Part shown: positions 52,626 through 64,000 of the stretch, piece after piece
Layout: each line of letters starts with the position of its first letter
Position numbering within the stretch: the stretch's first letter is position 1
Source: Octopus vulgaris
Lineage: Eukaryota
NCBI GenBank assembly: GCA_951406725.2
Contig: OX597829.1
Coordinates: 27,218,001 to 27,282,000 of the forward strand
Reading direction: 5' to 3'
DNA length: 64,000 bases
The notes under the pieces: model-generated
Databases searched by the model: none
What the model saw: only the letters and a program-made list of their open reading frames with translations
What the model was told of the DNA's origin: nothing
Made by a program: the position numbers and the translations under genes

Positions 52626-55600
52626 TGTGTGTGTGTGTGTGTGACTGAGAGAGAGGTTTTCTCACAACATTTATCTACACTATTCTATTCACAAGCCATT
52701 GGTTGACTCAATGTAGTGGGTTCAAACTCAGAAGCAGGTGAGATTAAGAAGCCAACTTTTTTTACCACACACCAATGTCTGCACTTACTATGTCACTATT
52801 ACTATTTAGAACGATACTCATTCCTTTTCTCTCACAAATCTGAGCCAGGGTAGATAAATAAACAGATATCTCTTAAAGGTGAAATATAAACGTTTGAAAT
52901 CAGTTCAAGAACTTTCAAGAAATCTCTTTAATTTTAGAATGCACAATTTTTTTTTCAGGTAGTTATGAGCTGATTATTAGTAAAAGTTGACAAATCCTTA
53001 ATGGTTATAGTATAGCAACTGCTATGATGAATAGCAAGTGAAATGTCTTGAAATTGCCTCCCTTTTTCTTTGTGTTGGTAATAGCTGTTGCTAGATTTTT
53101 GTTTTCTTCCTCCTACTAAAAGGCAAATTTCAGTTCATTTTAGAATGTTTGCATACTGGCATTCAGTACAATAGTTCACTTGTGACTGCTTCCGGTAACA
53201 TGTGCCCCAGTATAATGTACTGATTTTTGCTAGATCATCAGAGACTAAACTGACAATCCTACAAATCCTGCAGTGTGAAGCAAGATTTTCACACACTCTG
53301 TTGGAGGATGGAAAGTCTGGTCCATCCAACATTGTCGATATATATGCATGTTAAACAGATGTAAAAATTGAATTTACAGTGGATTGCAAAGAGGCAACCC
53401 AACCATCAATGGTCGAGTTATAGGGGCAGAAAAGCCATCTCCAGTAATGTCTGTTAGTCAGTGGACAATAAGAGAGCTAGGTGAAGATGAAGTTTTATTG
53501 AGAGCCTGCCATTTACATGTAGGATTGGCATCAGAATGTGTTTATGTACATGGATTTTCTATCACCTGTATGATGTTTTCTTCATGCTACTTTTTGTGGC
53601 CAACAAAAGATGCTATTACTGAAAAACTGTTTCATTTTGTAAAATCTCTGAAAATTAACTTTAGCTTTAATCATGGACTTGGAGGTGAATAGACTCAATT
53701 TACTTCAACTACCCTCATTTATCACTGATTCATTTATCACTTATCTGGGATAACATAGCCTGCTAATTGTGAAGCATATTATGGTTATCATGAATTGATC
53801 TGTGATGACACAAAGCAGTGACCAGTTAAAGATTCTGCTTGGGACACAAAAGCACATCCCAATGACCATCCACAATGCTCAGGACAACTTGGGGTCTCAG
53901 AAGAAAATGTATTTTTCTCCATATGTTATTATTATTCATTTATCTGCAATTCATTTAAGAGTGTTTTTTTTAACCAAACACCAATAATAAATGTAGATGT
54001 TCTTGGTATTTCTAGGTACCATAAATGTTTTGCAGTGACATTAATTAGTATATCACAATTTTTCACAATAAGATTTCATCTCATCTGTGAGGCCCAACAT
54101 TCCAACATCTGACTCCACTACATCTTGTTCTACTGCAAGTAGAATACTACATTTCTTCATTCAGTATTTATCATTCATTCACACCACATGTCAAATCTGG
54201 TATCTTTAATCTGCTACTCTTTTAACTTTTGCTTCATTATTCATTTATATTAGTATATTTCCAGCAGTTTATATTCTCCTCATTTTCCTTTAGCATCCAT
54301 AGATCTTCCATGTTACTGTCGTTTAGCCACAGGTCAACTCTGATTCAAGATAAAAAGTGATCCCAGGTCCTTTTTGTTTTCATATATTTTGGCTATATTA
54401 ACCAATATGTCCTTTCTTTTTCTTTAAAACAGTATCATTGTAATTAAAAGAAATTTAGCTGATGTATCTAATTGGAATAGAGTTACTCTTTTTGTTGCTA
54501 CAGTTGTGAAGAAGCAATAAATTGTGACACATATCATCCAGCAGCTACCTTAATTGCCACAGGGATTTTTTCTTATAATGTCATTTCATGTTTCAAAACT
54601 GCCATTGGTTCATCAATATTGATATCTAAATGTAATTACTATGTAGTATTGTAGTCTTTATTTTGTATATCACCATTTTCACTAAGAGACAAACATATTG
54701 TCAGATGTTATTGAACTTCCTTTCTTTCTTACCCTAGCTACAAAATAGATCCCAGGATAACAGAAACTATCAACTATCTCCAGTGAGACATCTGTGCAGT
54801 ACACAGGCATTTTCACTGCTAACTACACCAGTACATCTGACACATCTAGAGTTAATGTTCTCAGTCTACCAGAATTCCCATCACACCATGTATTCATTAT
54901 TTATAGCCAGTGCACTGTTTGAGTTCCTACTTGTTCCCTTTCCACATATCAATCAAGACCACTTTTCAAATGACACTGGGATTTCATGCATTTAGTCTCT
55001 AGACTTGTGCTGGAAAACCCTTTCACCAGGGATAAAATTTCACATATATTCAAATTTGAAATTAAATTGTCTTCTACCAAAGTCTCTAAAAACCTATAGG
55101 AAAAGAAGGCCTAAATCCAAAACAGTAATTTACTATAAGTTGAAAACCTATGAACTTTTATAAATAAAGATTCTTTATTTTTCTCTCACTAAAGGATCTT
55201 ATCTTCTTTAATTGACCCTTTATATTAAAAATATTTTCCACTCTAACTCCAAACAGTGCTTTTAGGTATCAAATATTTTATGTAGGACATTGACAGATTC
55301 TGAAATAAAATCTAGGCACATATCCACACTCTCTCTTTTATACATAAGTAGATAGATCAACACACTAGTGAACACATAGCTGTAATCTAAATCAATCAAT
55401 TCTAACTTCATCTTCCATGGTGAACTTGAACAGCAGTCTTAAGCCATTCAGTCACACATAGCCTTTTCAGTATTCACTAAGCAACACTCTCAACATAAAT
55501 ACATACAGGCATACACATTTATATATATGTACACAAATGCATACATACATGTACCTGCACATGTATTCACAAATACTTTCATTCACACACATGTACATAA

Positions 55601-56349
55601 ATATGCATATACATGCACGCACGAACACACACACACACACACGTACACACACACTCACTCACTCACACACAATATCCATATGAAACTGATTTGAATTTCT
55701 TGTTTAAAATGTTTGTTTTAGTAAACACTTGGAATATTTTCTTGGTACAGGTCTCGCAAGATGTTCCTCCATTAATGGCGTTTGTTGTTGGATAAAATAG
55801 CCAATGAGATTTAAAATGATTTTCTTCTTCAGTTACTACAGACAGATTGGCAAACATTCAAATCAGGAATTGTTATCTAAATGTCATCATGAAAATACAT
55901 TTTACCTTTGTAGTCATAAAAGAAACACCTGAATTGAATTAATCATTGGATTACACAGATTGCCACTTTATGTAAAGTTTACCAATTCATAAACTGAATG
56001 AAATTAAACAAGAAGCCTGTAACAAGTCATCATGTTCCTTCTGTATCATCAACATATACTAGAGTGCCCACCACTAATATTCATGCCTGAGGATTGCTTC
56101 TGAGCATAAAGCTCTGAGTAATGAGATGTAAAATGGCCTGAGCCATAAATTGATATGAAATAAATTTACTCTACATCAGGTATTGATTTCTCTCATAAAA
56201 AAAAAAATTGTCTATAAATTTATTTTGTGAATAGAAATACTTGTAAACACAATTCCATGATTGAGCTTGTTGATCTGGCAATGGTTTTTAACAGAATACT
56301 ACATTCTGTAGTGGTGAGTATCTAAAAACTTGTTTAAATGAATTGCTTT

Positions 56350-57900
56350 TGAGAACAGTGCAAACCATGTATAGAAATGCTGTCAGCAAGGTGAAAATTA
56401 GCAACAAGCTAAGCAAGGAATTTAGCATATGGGTGAGTGTCATCATGGCCCAATTTCAAAGAATGAAAAATGGTAAAAAGGTCTCGTGCCTTGAGTTGGC
56501 AACCAACTCCTAAAAGAAACAACTCAAACTCAATAGGAACTTGTGCGACCCCAAGACACTTTCTATACCCTGCCTGGTGGCCAGAATCTAGTATACACCC
56601 GGACCCTGTCTATGTATCTGTTCTCAACAGCTGCCTATCCCAAAAAAGGAGGTTACTTGAATCCCCCACTTTGTTCCCTGACATCTGTTCCTCCTTCACT
56701 TCTGGCACATCAGCCATTATCTCACTAATTCTCAGACTCTCTTCTGCTTATTTATTACAGTATTCCAGGACACAAGGGAGGAGCTTAAGTCCAGCTGTCT
56801 GTAGAACTTCTATGTCAATAATCTAGTTCTCATAGCTGAATCTGTGAAAGTCTTAGTGAAGAAATTTCCAAATAGCCTAGAATTGGAAAACTTTAAAGTA
56901 AACCTATAAACCCAAGAGTTTTAGCTCACATGCTATCATCTGGAAATTGGCTATTGTTCAATATGCAAAATATAGACAGGAATTTCCGTATAGCATACTC
57001 AATAAATTGTGGATGAACAAAAATGCTATAGTGAAGTCATAGGCAAGCTGACAGTGAGGGAAGACTTTGTATATTCTTTTATTTGTTTCAGTCATTTGAC
57101 TGTGGCCATGCTGCAGCACTGTTTTTTAGTTGGAGAAATCGACCCCTGGACTTATTCTTTGTAAGCTTGGTGCTTATTCTATCGGTTGATAGAATATTGC
57201 TTATTCTATGTGTTGAACCACTAAGTTACAGGGACATAAACACACCAACATCGGTTGTCAAACGATGGTGGAAGGAGGGACAAACAGACACAAACACATA
57301 AGTATATGCATATATATATATACCACAAGCTTCTTTCAGTTTCCATCTACCAAATCCACTCATAAGGCTTTAGTTGGCCTGAGGCTACAGTAGAATACAT
57401 TTGCCCAAGATGCCATGCAGTTGGACTGAACCCGGAACCATGTGGTTGGGAAGCAAGCTTCTTACCACACAGCCATGCCTGCACCAGGAAGATGTTGAGA
57501 ATCTATGAAATAAATCCTTTCAAAAATAGGGTTTCATAGAAGTTGATGTTAACTTCTGCTACATAGGGGACCTAATTAATATTGGATGTGGGAGCTCCAA
57601 AAGTATGATAAATAGATTAAGAATGGGAAATGGAAATAATTTTGAGAGTTATTACTTCTGCCACCAAGAAAAGGATTCATTTTCTGAGTGAAAGGTAGAT
57701 TGCATGACATTTGTGTATAAAGTGTTATGTTTCATAGTAAAGAAACACGGTCACTGGGTGCAAATGATATGCGAAAAGCTGGAAAGAAATGAGGTGAGTA
57801 TGCTCTGTTGGATGTGTAATGTTAGTGTGTATGAACAACAGAATGCAAATGAATTGAGAGGAAAACTGGTTATAAAAGGAATCAGATGTAGAGTGTAAGT
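56350..57900 (+). mobile_element. Ancient fragmented RTE RT, interrupted by other insertions
   Basis: aaccatgtatagaaatgctgtcagcaaggtga; KLERNEVSMLCWMCNVSV..LRGKL..IRCRV. Confidence 0.6.
57074..57486 (-). mobile_element. SINE family A, full length
   Basis: Colinear with 18331-18739. Confidence 0.88.
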
Positions 57901-58416
57901 GGAAAGAAAACTGGTTGCACAACAAAATACAGTGTCCCTACAAGTAATTAATAAGTACGTACCAGCTGCCAGAAATGTGTTTAACATGCAAAATTGGTAA
58001 ATCCAATAATGTTACACTGCTATATTTAGTGGCTATTTAAGCAATGAGTTCATGGATAGTTAATGGGTTGGATGTGGTGCTAAAGAAGGAGCAAGAACTC
58101 CTAAGTCATATGCATATTGGATGGACCCAAGGAGTAGGTAGGGGACTGAGGGCTATGTGCCCCACACAAGAAAAGAAGTGCACCCATCTAAATAATGTTA
58201 TAATGCCCTTTTCTCCTGGAATTGTATTCCCTTCTGGCCTTGTGCCTTCCCTTCAAAAATTCCTGGGATCGTGCCTGCATATTACATCCATTACTTATTT
58301 TTCTATCTTTGATTGCATTGTTTGTGTATACATATTTGCATATGAAACATTGTAATAAATCAGTGCTGACTATAATTTCTATAGAAAATCTGTAGAGATA
58401 ATCTACATATGATATA

Positions 58417-58793
58417 TCATCATCATCATTTAACGTCCATTTTCCATGCTAGCATGGGTTGGACGGTTCAACCAGGGTCTGGGAAGCCAGAAGGCTGCAC
58501 CAGGCTCCAGTCTGATCTGGTAGTGTTTCTACAGCTGGATGCCCTTCCTAACGCCAACCACTCTGTGAATGTAGTGGGTGCTTTTTATGTACCACCAGCA
58601 CAGGTGCCAGGCGAGGCTGACAACGGTGATGATTGGTTGGTGCTTTTTACGTGCCACCGGCACGGAAGCCAGTCAAGGTGGCCCTGGTATCGACCATGTT
58701 TGGATGGTGCCTTTTATGTGCCACTGGCACAAGAATATGGTGCATTGGCCAGGAATTCCTGTGCCGGAGTCACGTAAAAAGCACCATCCAAAC
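58417..58793 (-). mobile_element. RTE 3' UTR copy with a short 5' inversion
   Basis: Tail and terminal block present; 58755-58793 is an inverted repeat unit. Confidence 0.88.
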
Positions 58794-58794
58794 G

Positions 58795-58845
<51 letters not shown>

Positions 58846-58860
58846 CATATATATAAAGGG

Positions 58861-59186
58861 TAAAGACCCCCTTCGGTCATGAATGACCATGGGATTGCAC
58901 CTAGAAAGTTACCCTCCTAGACACAAGTCCGGGCAAGGTTGTTTATGGAAGACCAGCAGTCGCACATGCATACCAGCCTCCCCTCTCCACACCACCAGTG
59001 TTATCCAAGGGAAAGACAAAGGTCGATACAGCTTGACACGAGTGACGTCATTTCTACAGCTGAGTGAACTGGAGCAACGTGAAATAAAGTGCCTTGCTCG
59101 AGAACACAACACGCAGCCCGGTCCGGGATTCGAGCTCACAACCTCACGATCGTAAGCTCGACGCTCTAACCACTGAGCCATGCGCC

Positions 59187-59189
<3 letters not shown>
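58861..59189 (-). mobile_element. SINE family C, young full-length copy
   Basis: GGCGCATGGCTCAGTGGTTAGAGCG..GAGCTCGAATCCCGG head; homologous to 12293-12624. Confidence 0.9.
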
Positions 59190-59257
<68 letters not shown>

Positions 59258-59780
59258 AGAGAGAGGGGGAGGGAGGCGGAAGAGAGAGATCATCATCATC
59301 ACTATCATCATTTAACATCCATTGTCAGTTTTGGCATATTTTCTAAGGTTGAATGCCCTTCTTAACATCAAATGCCTAACAGTGTGTAGAGGGTACTTTT
59401 TTTTTTTGTACCACTAACACTAGTAAAATCACCAAGCAAATTTCAAGATAGAAGAATGAAAAAGCCCTTCATTTAATGGGAGTGGAGAGCAATATATTAA
59501 ACTCTATATACACCAATTTGAGGAAAAAAAGGAAAATACAAGTGGGTGCTGAAAAATTCCTGGCTTTAAGTGTATCATGAAAGGCATAGTCAGGGGTCCA
59601 ATCTTCTGAGTTCTTTAACAGGGCCTAGATTCATACACATATTGCAGCAGTCCTTCAGTTTTTCTGAGAGGGGAATAATATGCAGAATAAAATCACAATC
59701 AACTGATCCTCAAGTATTTTCTTTGACCCAAAGCCAGGAACTTTTCAGTAACCCCTCATATATCCAGCTATCTCTTTCTC

Positions 59781-60409
59781 TTTCTCTTTTACTTGTTTCA
59801 GTCATTTGACTGCGGCCATGCTGGAGCACCGCCTTTAATCGAGCAACTCGACCCAGGGACTTATTCTTTTGTAAGCCCAGTACTTATTCTATCGGTCTCT
59901 TTTGCCGAACCGCTAAGTAACGGGGACATAAACACACCAGCGTCGGTTGTCAAGCAATGCTAGGGGGACAAACACATACACATACATACATATATATACG
60001 ACAGGCTTCTTTCAGTTTCCGTCTACCAAATCCACTCACAAGGCTTTGGTCGACCCAAGGCTATTGTAGAAGACACTTGCCCAAGGTGCCATGCAGTGGG
60101 ACTGAACCCAGAACCATGTGGTCGGTAAACAAGCTACTTACCACACAGCCGTATATTTTCTTTTATTCTTTTCAGTCATTTGACTGTGGCCATGCAGGAG
60201 CACCACCTTTAGTCGAGCAAATCGACCCCAGGGGGACACAAACACAGACGCAGACATATACATACATATATATTTCAGTTTCCATCTACTAAATCCACTC
60301 ACAAGGTTTTGGTCGGCCCGAAGCACTTGCCCAAGGTGCCACGCAGTGGGACTGAACCCAGAGCCATGTGGTTGGGAAGCAAACTTCTTACCACACACCC
60401 ACTTCTGCA

Positions 60410-60412
<3 letters not shown>
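59781..60412 (-). mobile_element. Two tandem SINE family A copies (second internally deleted)
   Basis: 59781-60151 and ~60156-60412 both have the tail gtcatttgactg.ggccatg and the head cttaccacaca. Confidence 0.88.
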
Positions 60413-60485
<73 letters not shown>

Positions 60486-61302
60486 TATACAAACATACAT
60501 ATATATATATATATAAATATATATATGAAGTTTAATCTGCTGTTTTATTGCACTAATCAACAAATGAACTTACAGAAATAAAAAAAATAGTAAAAAAATA
60601 GATTAAAATACTTTGTTTTATAGAGAAGCTCTGACAATCACCCTGTACTTTAATTGATAATGAAGTAATCCAGCAAGCAATGGCCCTGTTTGCAAACCTG
60701 TTGTCAATTTTAATCTTAAAGTGTTGTATATAATGTCTCAATAACATTTTACATTGAAAATGTTAGCAGTTAACAATAACATATCTATTCATTCTTAATA
60801 CATTCAGATAAATTTGAAGATGAATATCAGATCATTGTTGTATTTTGTCATTGGAGAACCTCTGAAAGATGATGTGTGATTCATTAATGTAAGAGAACTT
60901 TGAGATGGTGTTTCAATCCCGTTCTATGTTTCCTCAGTCAAAGCTACCCTGGTTCAATGAATCTAACAAGAGAGTACAAGCTCTTGTTTACAGAAATCAA
61001 CACAGGCTCTAGTTTATAATACAGAGCACTATAAACAACAAGAGACTCTAGCTTACAGAAATTGCTGAGGCATGCTGATGTTTGCCAAACAACCAATAAT
61101 ATATGAAGAGTATGCAAAGCAGTAACAATCCAAACAGTAACACATCTATTTATTCTCAAAAATGTTCTGGCAAATTTGAATGTGAATATGATTGCTGTTG
61201 TTTCTCATCAGTACAGAACATCTCCATTTAGGCAATGGGTGTTGTCTCATTCTTTTTTTTTTTTTTTTTTGCTGATTTCTATAAATAAGATACTGTACTC
61301 TT

Positions 61303-61530
61303 ATTTCTTTATTGTCCAGAAGAGGCTAAACATAAAGGAGACAAACAAGGACAAATGGATTAAGTCGATTACATCGATCCCAGTGTGCAACTGGTACTTA
61401 TTTTATTGACCCCGAAAGGATGAAAGGCAAAGTCGACCTCGGCAGAATTTGAACTCAGAACGTAACAGCAGATGAAATACCGCTAAGCATTTCACCCGGA
61501 ATGCTAATGTTTCTGCCAGCTTGCTGCCTT
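61303..61530 (-). mobile_element. SINE family B
   Basis: 15-bp TSD agatactgtactctt; Meta-like core. Confidence 0.9.
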
Positions 61531-62063
61531 AGATACTGTACTCTTGCTAGATTCACCAGGCCAGGCCAGGGTAGCTTTGAGTGACAAGATACTCAATAAG
61601 GTCGAAATATTGTGTTGTCTCAAAGACTCCTTACATTGGCGTTATGATCACTGGAGACACAAAACCAACAGTGGTCAGATATTCATAGCTGAATCTTCCA
61701 TAACATACTAAGAATATATACATTAGTGTTAACTGTTAATATTTTCAATGTAAAATAGTGGTAATGATGATGATGGTTGTTTATTTGTTGTTAGTACTCT
61801 GGCTGTTAATTTGAGTTCTAGCTGAGTATTTTTACCAAGATATGTGATAAAACAAAAAAGTCAGTAAGAGCATACAGCACAAGGATCAAATGTAGCTGTC
61901 TTGAAAGTTTCCAGTGTTGAATTCAAAGCACGGGTTTATTAGTTAAAGAGTAAACAATGTGTGTGTGTGTGTGTGTGTGTATGTGTGTGTGTGTGTGTGT
62001 GTGAGTATGTGTGTATGTATGTATGTATGTATGTATGTATGTATTTATTTATTTATTTATTTA

Positions 62064-62206
62064 CGTCCACGTAACTTAGCGGTTCTGCAAAAGAGACTGA
62101 TAGAATAAGTACTAGGCTTACAAAGAATAAGTCATGGGGTCGATTTGCTTGACTAAAGGCGGTGCTCCAGCATGGCCACAGTCATATGACTGAAACAAGT
62201 AAAAGT
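62064..62206 (+). mobile_element. SINE family A, 3' part
   Basis: cttagcggttctgcaaaagagac..ggcggtgctccagcatggccacagtc..gactgaaacaagtaaaag. Confidence 0.85.
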
Positions 62207-62767
62207 GTATACATATACACATACACATATAAATGCACACACACACACACACACATACACATATAAATGCGCGCGCGTGAACAAACACACACACACACAC
62301 ACACACACACAAGATAGATATGAAAATATTTCAATAACTTCATCTGAGGATATGGTTTGATTCGTTAGGATCATTTAAACAACTGTAATAACAAACTTAA
62401 AAATACCAATTATTTTTCTGTTATTATTTCCACTATATGTGGCTCCTTTTTTTTTACATTACAACCCGAATCCAAATTCATGCCACTTGATACAATACGT
62501 TTTTAGGAATATGGGAGTATAATGTGGATCAAATATTAAGCCCCAAATTGTTTGGTAACTTATCATGCATTTTAGCAGATCACTAAACATTGTTTTATTA
62601 GATATATATATATATATAAAGATATATATACTCATTTGTATTGAGTACTTTTATTTCTTATTTATATATTCAGATGTGTAAGTGTGTATGTATGTGTGTG
62701 TGTATGTGTACATGCAGTTTTAATGTGATGTTTAAATTACAGTATAAGTAAGAAAATGTCCTCAGTG

Positions 62768-62836
62768 TTATTCATATTCGGGTAGAAAGCTTTTTTCAGA
62801 AGCTATAAGAATGGTATCTGCATCTTTCACTTCAAC
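62768..62836 (-). CDS. Candidate terminal coding exon of an unidentified host gene (VEVKDADTILIASEKSFLPEYE*)
   Basis: Strong acceptor cttgttatccttttgcag|; only phase 0 is open; protein-like composition; TAA followed by AT-rich UTR-like DNA. Confidence 0.4.
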   Translation of the reverse strand, partial: VEVKDADTILIASEKSFLPEYE

Positions 62837-62861
62837 CTGCAAAAGGATAACAAGCAGACAA

Positions 62862-62929
<68 letters not shown>
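62862..62929. repeat. (ATT)n microsatellite
   Basis: Directly visible. Confidence 0.95.
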
Positions 62930-62931
<2 letters not shown>

Positions 62932-63798
62932 AACTTTAATAATTTTATTTAAAAAAATATATCCACACTTGATTCTACATTACTCCATTCCACTTAACCT
63001 GTGATAGGCTGGTGCCTTAGCCTCATGAAGGCTTATTTCTCATCTTCTCTGTTGTGTTTCTATATACAACACTATATTCTACATTGACACAGTCCACCTA
63101 GGCACCAGAAATATATACCAGGTTGATCTTTTGAGACTAGTTACAATTAAACCCTTTATTATTATCATCATTTAGTTTCTGTTTTCCATTCACTACTCAA
63201 CACAAGTCATAAATTTCAAGCTAAGATGCAGTTTTTTCATATTTGTTTAGTATGGAAGAAGGACTGACTGTGTCTTCACAGATCATCTGTGACCGGTGAG
63301 ATTGACATAAATAATTGTTTCTCTTGAATTTTTAGTTGCAAGGTTAACAAGTACAGCAAAAGTATGAGCAGGAGTGGATTTCCAGAGGACAGATGTTCTG
63401 GATGGAAGGGTTTGAATGTTCTGGTCTGGGTAGGGCCTGTGAGCAGAGTTGGGGTAGATACATACATTATGGATAACTAGAAGAGGAAAGATGAATGAAT
63501 CAAAAGTGTTTGAATGGAGGCTGTATGAGACCAGTCAGCTCTGAGGAGCAGAGGTCATTATAGTGAAGGAAACAGGACATCTGTGGGCCAAAGGTTGGAG
63601 TGAGGTGGCTTGTGATTTCATGCAAATAAGTTGGGTGAACTTTACAGAGTATAGTCTAGGATGGCTATTGAGTGTAGCAACAGTGCCTGCTCAGAAATGG
63701 GAGTAATAGTCTTCCTGTGTTGGTCTCATCTTAGTCAGGTAGGAAGACAGTGCATGATTCTAGAACATTTAGAGTATTTACAAATGAAAATATTTAGA

Positions 63799-64000
63799 AG
63801 GTGGTGAGCTGGCAGAAATGTTAGCATGCTGGGCAAAATGCTGAGAGGTCTTATGTTCTGAGTTCAAATTCTGCCGAGGTCGACTTTGCTTTTCATCTTT
63901 TCATATCAATAAATTAAGTACCAGTTGCGTACTGGGTTGATCTAATCGACTGGCCTCCTCCCCCAAAATTTCGGGCCTTGTGCCAAGAATAGAAAAGAAT
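63799..64000 (+). mobile_element. SINE family B
   Basis: ggtggtgagctggcagaaatgttagc..gagttcaaattctgccgaggtcgactttg. Confidence 0.85.

Noticed and set aside
53135-53332. Cys-rich 65-aa ORF as a zinc finger
   Set aside because: Cys spacing fits no fold I recognise, and there is no exon support
59115-59189. Possible tRNA gene (also 12293 and 47476)
   Set aside because: Acceptor and anticodon stems do not pair properly and the heads continue into repeated bodies, so these are SINE heads

Overview
Repeat-dominated animal genomic DNA, intronic or intergenic. The extreme (TA)n/(TG)n microsatellite load and the SINE/LINE families suggest an octopod cephalopod (inference). No complete host gene is visible; there are only weak candidate exons, the best being a possible terminal exon at 62768-62836 on the minus strand. 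The window holds more than 15 copies or fragments of one RTE-clade LINE family, a second RTE-like LINE, a CR1-group LINE, three tRNA-derived SINE families, mariner and maT (DD37D) transposon relics, a probable Helitron end, and several Penelope-like fragments with minimal hammerhead-ribozyme-like motifs. Most notable: (1) the dominant RTE family has a C4HC3 PHD-type zinc finger inserted inside its reverse transcriptase, plus a hairpin minisatellite in its 3' UTR; (2) a 325-bp TSD-flanked element joins a tRNA-like Pol III promoter to a hammerhead motif (SINE/retrozyme-like); (3) the main SINE and the CR1-group LINE share a 3' tail; (4) there are twin-priming-type inversions and long palindromes. 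Most ORF-track entries are microsatellite or antisense artefacts.
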